Origin: Takakia lepidozioides
Taxonomy: Eukaryota > Plantae > Bryophyta
NCBI GenBank assembly: GCA_030704615.1
Contig: CM060733.1
Location: 62,558,001 to 62,622,000 of the forward strand
Direction of reading: 5' to 3'
Length of the DNA stretch: 64,000 nt
Positions 55,100 to 64,000 of this stretch are shown piece by piece (position 1 is the first letter of the stretch; every line of letters begins with the position of its first letter). The notes beneath the pieces were generated by a model that was given only the letters and a program-made list of their open reading frames with translations, did not search any database and was not told the DNA's origin. The translations under genes were made by a program, and so were the position numbers.

Positions 55100-55196
55100 C
55101 TTTTTGTCTCCGTTGTCCCACCATTGACTGGGGTCGGAAAAGTGTTCATTCCAAAGCTTCTCCTCATCGCTGTTATCTGTTTTGGATACTTTCGTG
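55100..55196 (-). pseudogene. Isolated exon resembling the OSB-family (PDF-motif) ssDNA-binding repeat
   Basis: AG/GT-bounded segment encoding EEKLWNEHFSDPSQWWDNGDKK, similar to the LW..FF..P..WWDNR..K motif; the PDF half is absent. Confidence 0.65.
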
Positions 55197-55862
55197 CTGC
55201 CCCATCGGCAGTAACTTGTCAAAGTCACTCCAAACCACCACAGATCCACCCAACGAGCTAACTTACAGAATTCAGTATGCAAATTCAGGGCCGAGTCTGA
55301 TGAGAGGGAAAAACAGGCTGAAATAGGTTGAAGAAGAAGGTGCCTCACCACATTGTCCTTTGGCCTATTCGAGGCACTTGACCATTTCAAAAGATGGAGC
55401 TAAGCTGCTCTCACCAGTCTTGACCTTTCAGAATTTGCATCCACTTTCATGTGTAGTTCTAAGGTGAACAAACCTAGTCTTTTTTGCCCCAAAGAACCCA
55501 CTACAACCTTACACTCTTTCTTCACTTCCCACATCGACAACCACATTGAGACCTCCAATTGACATAAGTAGGTTTGGAAAATGCGAAGACTTAATATAAT
55601 GACTTGATCATCTTTATCTTCCCTACTGCCTGGGGTAAATCTACATCCCACCTACGTCCATCATAGATTTTAGCTGTTACAGTTGAAAACTTACAGCCTG
55701 GCTAATTTTTAATTACTTGCTGGGCTCCATCCCAGCTCTTGCATCAATACAGCATTGATGCATAGTTCATTGCGTCCTTTGGACCTGCTGCTCTTACTAC
55801 CTTCCTGTCTGTGGAGCTGAATGAATTTGTTCAATATCTTCCCAACCACGGGAGAATCTGAC

Positions 55863-56487
55863 CTGCTCCGCAAGGAACATCGTGCCATCAGGTCCTGCCA
55901 ACTCATATGTCTCTCCAAGAATGGGATTGAATGGCTTCCATGTCCGGGAGTACGCATGGAACGATGATAGGGCCCATGTTGCTGCCACACCCATCCGCCA
56001 TATGAAGCACCATCAGCCAGGTTTGCTACACATAGTTCAAACCAACAATTCCCTCATGCTGCAACATCACCTTCAATGCAAGTGATTCTTTTATACCTTC
56101 CAGGGGCTTGCCAGCAGTGGCACACCAAGTATTGAATAGTTGCATACCTAAAGTAGGACCCACGAACATGGTTGCATGAGAGGAAGACAAGACTTTGTAC
56201 AAGATACCATAAACATCACTCCACACAACCGACTGATTACTCCCCACATGAAGTAGGATCACCCCTGAGAATGTTCATACATTAGCAGGAATAACAATCC
56301 CCTGAACTACATCTAGCTTATCTCTTCTCTGAAATAATGCAATTATTGCCATCTCCGTAGTTCAGTACAGTAACTGACTTGACTTGGCTGATAAAATATC
56401 TGGCTAGTACTTACTTGCATAGACAAGCTTCACATATGGGCCTTCACAATCATCAGCTAGGTCCAACAAGTATGCATACTCCAACAC
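55863..56487 (-). pseudogene. ORP3: Oxysterol-binding-protein-related ORP3-type fragment, two exons with their intron
   Basis: Exon 56487-56415 (VLEYAYLLDLADDCEGPYVKLVYA) splices in frame to 55981-55863 ([32 protein letters not shown]). Confidence 0.88.
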
Positions 56488-56635
56488 CTGCAGCAAATGC
56501 AAATTGTATGTGACCAGCCATCCCCACCAATATTGCAATGGGATTCCAAGGAGATTTTCGACATAATTCAGCTCTGTACTTTAATTCTGCGTTGAATTTC
56601 AAAGGCCTACTAAGGTCAGGGGATGTGGGGATGGC

Positions 56636-56756
56636 ACATGACAAGGAAAGTTATTGGAAAATGATGCATCTGTGCGTTGGATCTGATGTCACATCGTTAG
56701 TGACCCTCCCAGTCTTTATTTTTGAGCCAATGACAATGCTCCAGGAGCCGGCTGAG
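56636..56756 (+). pseudogene. ORP3: Preceding ORP3 exon (partial), in inverted orientation
   Basis: [36 protein letters not shown] followed by GT; in ORP3 proteins this directly precedes the LEY..LLD exon. Confidence 0.85.
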
Positions 56757-57469
56757 GTTGGTCCTCATCACCAAATTATCTGAAGAACAAAGCTTGAGCC
56801 TCAGCTTGAAAATTCTTTGAGCTTGATGAGGGAGAGAAGTAGGCACTGTTGAAGATTAGACATTGTTCGCTTGACTGCCCAAGAACAGCAAATTTTGTTA
56901 TGTGGATCTACAGTGGGATCACTCTCAGTTTTGAAGGTGGTGTATAGATTTCTAAGGTGCTTTTGGGATGTTGTAGCTTTGGCCGCAATTTTGTATTATG
57001 GTTACACTCTAGATGGTGGTAACACAATGACCAACAGGTTTATGTTTAGAGACTATAAAGTCTACCTTGGCTTAACCTCAGTCCAATTCGCACATGCAAA
57101 GGTTTATCATTTTTGAGATGGAAAGAGACGGGAAGAGTGATACAATTGCAGTAGCCACATATTTGCACCTACAAGACAATTGCAGGGGCATACTCAAAGC
57201 ACTGGGTGCACAGTAAGCAGGTGAGAGTATCTATGGAAACTCTGCTTTCTGTATCAGCTTGTAACACAATTACTTTACTTCAACTCGCTGGTACTAGGTT
57301 ACAGAACCGTTCTGACTGTGCCCGTGTGTTCTCTGCATAGGACTGTGCTTGACAGTTTGCATCTTGTATGCGTGGACGTTATAAAGGTTTTTCTTTCTTC
57401 TCTCTTCCGCTCGGTAACAAACAGGGCGTGGGAATGGGTATGGCCTGAGCGGAGAACACAGGTGTTCAC

Positions 57470-58030
57470 ACCATTATCACAGCCCATCACAGCATCGCAC
57501 AGCCTATCACAGTTTACCATAGTTTGCCACAGCCTGTCACAGCCCAACACACCCTATGCGGGTTGCACAGTCCATAGGGTCAGTGACAGGTGGACGCGGG
57601 TTAACATCAGAAAAGTGGCCGGTAAGTGTAAGGTCAGCTTGGGAGTCAAACTCGGAGAAAAAGCCACGAGGACAGAGGGCGACAACAGAGTGTTTGAATT
57701 CGAACACATGGCCTAAAGGGCAAAGCGTTCCGTTTTGCATGAACTGCAATAGCGTGTTAGAGGGCTGTTTGGGACTTAGACGCTTTTACGGGTTCTGTGG
57801 GGTACCCTTAATTTTGCGCAGACTTACAGATGGTAGACTTAGGCTACACAGGTTTAAGGGGTGGTAGACAGGCTCGCATAGTCAAGTCATGGGTTATCAC
57901 AGCCCGACACGGCTTTGCACAGCCAGTCACAGCCCGACACAGCACGACACAACCCGACACAACTTTACACAGCTAGTCACAGCTCGGCACAGTCATAGCC
58001 CAACACAGTTTGGCACAGACCGTCACAACG
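57470..58030. repeat. Two blocks of degenerate 10-bp (..CACAGC..) minisatellite
   Basis: Blocks at 57474-57550 and 57894-58030, e.g. TCACAGCCCA TCACAGCATC GCACAGCCTA TCACAGTTTA. Confidence 0.8.
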
Positions 58031-59277
58031 CACGGAGGGAATGGTTATCATTAGCAGGGAACTACTGTGTGGGAACGACATCTGCAGAGGGAACGTGTTA
58101 CTTCAGGGTGACAGTTAGTTAGTTAGGCGGTTGGAACAGCTTGCATATCGATTGCCTAGATTCAGGGCCCTGAGAGGATATAAACGGGGCGAGCCACAAA
58201 GGGAAGGGGGCGGGATCATGGCTATTGGTTGATGACATGGGCCTGGTGGTTGCTCTGCCGTCCTCCTTGCATAATCGGCCATCCCTGTCGATTCTGCCTG
58301 CCAAATCGGCAGTAGACCCTGGGTGGCCAATTCGGCCTGACAATTAGTCTCAAAAGTGGCAGAATACGCCACACCTGCTTTTAATGTGAATAGTGGAATC
58401 TACTTCCATCCATACTAAACTTGAAAAATCATCCATTTATTTTTCATACGTTGTTCAATAACAAAAATGTTGGTGTTATGTGGAGATGGAGAGGAGGTGA
58501 CACTTGGGAAAGGCACAACAGGGACTTAGCGATTTTTGACACCGATGCGTGGTCTCTTCTTTAGAATAAAGAGGAGCCAACAAACCAAGAAACCAGTACT
58601 AAACATCAGTTGGGGGAAATTTTGAAGGTAAAAAAAAGAGAGACGATTGGAGCGACCAATAGGAAAAAGGGTGCAATAGAGCGAAGCAGGATGGGATGAA
58701 GCCGTGTGTCTAGCCAGCCAAGTCCAGCACCCAACTGTGGGTGGGGGAGTGTGCACACTTGGCGCGAACCAGCCTTCCAGAAGGCGAGCGCCGCTTGACA
58801 GGCTGGGCCCTGCCACCCTGAGAGGGTATCGAAGGGAGGGGAGGCTTGCTCTCCGTGGCCTCTCCTGCCTCCAACTTATTACCTACTATGAACTAATCTA
58901 CACCCAGGGCCTCCACTGAAAAGCAAAATAATGGAATACGTACCATAAGAAAATTATATGCTAGCTCAAATAAATATCGGTCTCGGGGTGGTCTCCCCAT
59001 TGTAAGCCTCCATGGCCTCATGGGTGGTCATTTTTTCCACCCCCTGCAATATAATTTTCAGGGCCTCCGGCCCCTTTCAAAACAAAAATAAAAAATAAAA
59101 ATAAAAATAAATAAATATCCATAATACTAGATTAGAATTAGAATAATCATAATGTAGCAAGTGGCATGTGAACAACTTAACTCAAGAGAGGAAAATAACT
59201 CAAGAGGACTCATATGCACCTGCTCAGGTCCGGACTCCAATGAGTGGCCGCAACAGGTCCCCCCTCAGTGGCAGCAT

Positions 59278-60860
59278 CTACGAACCCTGCTCTTCCGCTT
59301 CCCCAGAATTTGACAAGGCGGATATCAGTTGGAAACACGTCAAGAACTCCACCAAGGCGAAGCTCAAGATCCTTAGATAATCTGTCCTGTCACCATGGAT
59401 CCTCCTTCCTCCTTCACTGTGTGAAGATCCTTGATCCTCCACCACAGTGGTTGGCATGACAAGCTCGCCCATGGCCTTGCATTCCTTCATAGAGAGTTGG
59501 CACGAAGCCATGATGAGATGGGCAATCACAGGTGCAGAAACAATGATTGGGGGTTTATTACTGGCCTTCTTCTCTTGAAGTGTCTTCAACTCCTTCACTA
59601 ACTCTTTGTGCATCATCTCAGCCCACAACACATCTTCCCCTTTCAGAGCCCTGATTATCTCTTCCACAAAAGTCTTGCTGAGATACATTTGATTATGCTT
59701 CATGTTAAATAGAACATTAAGCACTTGACCCACCTCTCCAGTTTCTTGTCAACTTCAGGACAACCTTGAACCCTTTGAACATTCAGTTTTTTTTTTTTTT
59801 GTAAATTATGTCACAGATAGTCTTAGCTCAAGGCCTTGAGGCCATGTGAGGCAAGGAGTAGAGGGAACACTCCATGAGGGAGGAGACTAGGACGAGTGGG
59901 AAGCCGGAGGAGGACCAAGCTTGAGTACCATTCTACCGAGCATTTAGAGCATCCCGAGCTCCATCGCCTGTTTGAGAGGGTGATCACCATGCTACCTTGA
60001 CCTTTGAATTGAATTATATCATGTTTTGTTCAAGCTATCCCAAGTGGGAGCTTCGTGGCATTTGTTTCTAGGTATTGAGAAAAACTAACCCTCTTGTAAA
60101 GAGGATGTATTTTAGTCTGTGTTTACATATGTGTTGAAGCACAGAGGAAGAGCCCAAAGAGATAGGGCCTTGAGAGGAGTCTAACCCTATTGTTGTCATG
60201 GAAGTAAGGGTAGATTTCCATTTCTAATTTAGAGGTCACCGCAATCTTGCTTGATACGGCGAAGCTATCGCCAAAATTTCTAGCTCATTGTGTTCATTGG
60301 TAAGTGGATAAGCCCCCAGGCCATGGAAGACCATGGGAGGCCATGCTAATCATCTATATAAAGAGTTAAGCCCCCTATATAGGGGGCTGCCCAAAGGGGC
60401 AGTACCAGTCACTAAAGTCACGACGCTCTAGGCGCCCATAGCCAAGAGGTCAATCCATTGGGTTGCCTAGGATCGCCACTTCAAAAGGGAAAGAATACAA
60501 GAGCTTCACCTTCACTTTCCTTGTCTTGTCACATGCTAATGTATGGTTGAAGTTGCTATGCATGCCTTGAGCCACAATCTCCTTTCTTCATGAAGACCAC
60601 CTCCAATGATCTCCCACATGTGCTCCAAGCTCTTCAATACTCTAGGCTTGGTTTCACATCATCATGGATAGAATTCTCACCCACATGCTTCCATTTGGAG
60701 TCATCTTGAGCTTCTTGATGCTCTCCAAGTGGTTTCTTTTGTTGTCTTCAAGCCCTAGCCTATGTAGCTCCTTGGCTTTTCTTCCACAACATGCACCACC
60801 TCATACACAAAGAATGAACTTGCTCACTTCACCTTCTAGCTCTCCTCAAGCTTGAATTGG
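59278..60860 (-). other. Decayed ORF of unknown function, probably transposon-associated, apparently interrupted by the 700-bp repeat
   Basis: 151-aa ORF 59278-59733 (..EDVLWAEMMHKELVKELKTLQ..) with coding-like but broken sequence continuing at 60490-60860. Confidence 0.35.
59816..60484 (+). repeat. ~670-bp dispersed repeat, copy 2
   Basis: Matches 35905-36635 from GATAGTCTTAGCTCAAGG to GGATCGCCACTTCAA. Confidence 0.85.
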
Positions 60861-61036
60861 AAGCCACACTTGGAAAGCATTTGGTAGGATTTTCTATTTT
60901 GTATGAGTGTTAGCTATAGTCAACACCATTGTCGAGTGAGCAGAAAAATTAGGTGTTCCAAAGGGTAGGGTGGCCTCAGCAAAGACCCCGCACTTCTTCC
61001 AAGGTCTCATTTAATATTTGAAGATATAGAAAAGCA

Positions 61037-61625
61037 TTAGCTAGTCCATACCAAAAAATGGTCACTGAATCTTGAACAGGTTGAGGCTCTGAGCATGTCA
61101 CTGACATTGTACAAGTAATAGATGGAGTGAGTAGGAATAGGCCAAGACAAAACTAGAAACAGAAAAGAAGAAGTAAAGCAGTTGCTTGGTAGGCTGACAA
61201 CATAGGCCCAAGAAGGAAGGTGCAATAGTAAGGTATGATGTAAACTGTTTGTCGTGATTCTAGTCACCTAGTAGGTTGATCTTTGGTCTTACATGTCTGT
61301 AAGCTTGAAGCTTGTGGGAATTGTTCATGGGGAAGATGCTGAGGAAAGAACTGCCCAATTTCGGCATGACTCTTCCACATCCACCAATCCTGTTCTGCCT
61401 TAGCCGCCTCTCCCAAACCTTGAATGGCTGTACCGGCGTACCGAACCAATTGCTGAACCTCTAGGTCTCCCTCTTTGCTTCTCGCTTACAAATGAACGTG
61501 CTTACCTTCTTCTTCAGGTGCCTTCATCACATTGTCCCCGACCTTGTGATCTCATGATCCATGGAGGATGGACAAACTTCTTCACATCGTACATTAAGAA
61601 AAAGCCACACCTTGCGATAGTGGTT
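61037..61625 (-). mobile_element. Degenerate LINE endonuclease-region fragment
   Basis: Minus strand ends FSDHFLVWTS, matching TSDHFLVWTE at ~8700; the left boundary is clear, the right boundary uncertain. Confidence 0.55.
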
Positions 61626-61627
61626 GT

Positions 61628-62625
61628 CCCACAATTTCAGCTTTGACGATGTCACCATGGACCTCTTTGCCCTTTTCGAGGGCTGCCAGGCTTGCACACG
61701 AATTGCAAACACAAACAAACGTTATGTGGTTGGGCTTCACCCCTTCCCTAAACATTTGCTCATAAGTCTCCAAAGCCTCCGTCCCGCGCCCAAGCTGTGC
61801 ATATCTTGCGATCATGGCGTTACAAGACACCACATCTCCTTCAGTCATATTGTCGAACACTCCCTTTGCATCCTCGATGCACCCACAATTGGCATACATG
61901 TCCACGAGGGTATTGTTCAGGACAATATCTGGTTCAATTCCCGCTTTGATGTTGTCACCATGGACCTCTCTGCTCTTTTCCAGGGCAGCTAGGCTTGCAC
62001 ACGCATTGCAGATACAGATACAGGTGATGTGGTTGGGCTTCACCCCTTCCCACACCATTTGCTCAGAGGTCTCCAAAGCCTCCATCCCACACCCATGCTG
62101 TGCATATCCTGCAATCATTGCGCTCCAAGTTCGTTCAACCATTAGGTCGAACACTCCCTTTGCATCCTCAATGCACCCACATTTGGCATGTGTGTCCACC
62201 AGGGTACTATTCAGAATGACATCTGGTAAAATTCCAGCTTTGACAATGTCCCCATGGACTTCCTTGCCCTTATCCAGCGCTAGCAGGCTCGCACACACCT
62301 TGCAAACCTAACTTGGGGTGATGTGGTCGGGCTTCACCCCTTCCCTCATCATTTGCTTATAGGTCTCCATCCCGCGCCCCCGCTGTGCATAAGCTGTAAT
62401 CATCGCAGTCCAAGACACCACATCTCGTTCGGCCATATTGTCCAACACTCCCTTTGCATCCTCGATGCTCCCACATTTCGCATACATGTTCATCATAGCA
62501 GTGTTTAGAACAACATCTGGTACGATTTCAGCTTCGACAATGTTAGCATGGACCTCTTTGCCCTTTTCCAGGGCTGCCAGGATCACACAAGCATTGCAAA
62601 CACTAACATGGATGATGTACTTCAT
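61628..62625 (-). pseudogene. PLS-class PPR tract 2 (about three L-S-P triplets, one frameshift, 3' truncated)
   Basis: ORFs 62308-62625 and 61594-62298 carry ~100-aa repeats: CNACASLAALEKGKEVHGDIVKAGI / NTLVDMYAKCGCIEDAKGVFDNM / DVVSWTAMI..YAQ.G.G.EALET.EQM..EGVKPNHIT. Confidence 0.92.
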
Positions 62626-63169
62626 GTGTCTATGTAAAAAGGGGGTGGCGAGGGCGAATGTGTCCGAAAATAAAAAGGGATATGAAGGAAGAGGGGCTGC
62701 ACTCGTCGGAGTAGACGAGGAAAGGGAAGATGTAGGAGATGGAGGTCGCGTCTGACTTGCAAATCTCGCTAAGTCCTCATCCCCCTCACCGCGACTTACG
62801 AAGCAGAGAGAGTCTCCTCTACTCTATAGAAAATCGACGTGTGTCATTATAGTTAAGAAATAATGCCATATAGGTTACAATTAATAAAAATGTCCCGGGG
62901 GGTCCAACCCGCAGTCGTTAAAACAACTCCAATTTATCATAATATTAAAAATATATATTTTTCTATTTATTGGAAATCGACGTATAAATCGGCGCCAATC
63001 CCGCAGTGGTTTCGGCGACTTCTGATCCTCATCCGCCATGCCACCGTGGCCCCAATTTGCCTGCGACGACTGGCAAATCATTATTCAGAACCTGGAGTCC
63101 CAGGCGTAGACGTTTCGGACAGAATCGCAACCGCGAGTCGGGTGCGAAAAACACCTATTCATTGTGGTG

Positions 63170-63800
63170 TGAACCGAAATTCATTGAATGGGTCAACGGA
63201 TGGTTGCCCATCCAAATCATTTTTGTTTGCTTTCAAACTTTTCCAGTACGCTCGGTACACCCTCTCACAGGTCCCGGACTAATATGAGATCAATCGAAAT
63301 TCATTCAATGGCTCACAGATTAATAGCAGATGAACCGGAATTCATTGAATGGGTCAACGGATGGTTGCCCATCCAAATTAGTTTTGTTTGCTTTCAAACT
63401 TACGTTCAGTACACCCTCTCACAGGTCCTGGACTAATATGAGATCAATCGAAATTCATTCAATGACTCAACGGATGGTTGCCCATCAAAATGATTTTGGT
63501 TCGCTTTTGAGACTTGGGCAGTGTGATCAATGTACCATCTAACATGTCCCAGAGTAATATGAGATGAAACGAAAATCGTTCAATGGGCCAACGGATGGTT
63601 GCATATCCAAATGATTTTTGTTCGCTCCGAGACTTGGCCAGCATGTTCAATGTACCATCTAATAGGTCCCAAAGTAATATGAGATCAATCGAAATCCGTT
63701 CGATGGGCCAACGGATTGCCCATCCAAATGGTTTTTGTTTGCTTTGAAACTTGGGCAGCATGTTCAGTGGACCGTCTTACAGGTTCCGGACTAATACGAG
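63170..63800 (+). repeat. 120-bp tandem repeat array (right part), same family as 43565-44005
   Basis: AGGTCC-like unit starts at ~63269, 63423, 63543, 63664, 63781. Confidence 0.9.
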
Positions 63801-64000
63801 GTCTATAGTTTCACATCCACATGAATTATTTTGTGCTTCGAGAACTTAGTGGGTATGTTGTTCATTGGTTGACATCAAATTTTCCTTGTTTTGGAACTTT
63901 CTGAGTTGATTGCAGATACCCACATACACGTCATTATCAAATATGAGACCATTGTAAATTTTTATACAAAATGAACCACTTCTTCCCCATCACATGAGTG

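Larger units (their letters stand above)
51565..63169. mobile_element. Non-autonomous CACTA (EnSpm) element, 11.6 kb, carrying host gene fragments (Pack-CACTA)
   Basis: Left TIR CACTACAAGGAAT and right TIR ATTCATTGTGGTG match at 11/13; 3-bp TSD TGA at 51562-51564 and 63170-63172; ACGACT/AGTCGT subterminal repeats at both ends. Removing it restores TAATAGCAGA-TGA-ACCGAAATTCATTGAATGGG, matching the intact unit at 63321. No transposase recognised. Confidence 0.85.

Noticed and set aside
35905-60484. The two 700-bp repeats as LTRs of one 24-kb element
   Set aside because: No TSD, PBS or PPT, and copy 2 lies inside a CACTA element that extends beyond it.

Overview
Intron-rich land-plant nuclear DNA; the PLS-type PPR remnants suggest a lineage with extensive organellar RNA editing (inference). 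The left 24 kb holds two intact, convergent host genes. One is a zinc-dependent alcohol dehydrogenase (exons 2-10, + strand) whose introns 3 and 9 are packed with sense-strand copies of one (TC)n-tailed LINE family plus a Ty1/copia fragment. The other is a complete 16-exon FtsHi4-like gene (- strand, 960 aa). A hAT MITE and a 3'-only DCAF13/SOF1 pseudogene follow. From ~29.4 kb the window is a nested transposon mass. It contains an element encoding an L1-ORF1-like protein followed by a Ty3-type aspartic protease, then a Helitron-like 3' end followed by a palindrome array, a decayed intronless kinase, foldbacks and 120-bp repeats. Two elements inserted 30 bp apart into that repeat region: a young full-length chromovirus Ty3/gypsy element (44571-51529) and an 11.6-kb transposase-less CACTA element (51565-63169). 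The CACTA element carries captured host gene fragments (two PPR tracts, ORP3 exons, an OSB-like exon). All family assignments come from motif recognition by eye, not database searches.
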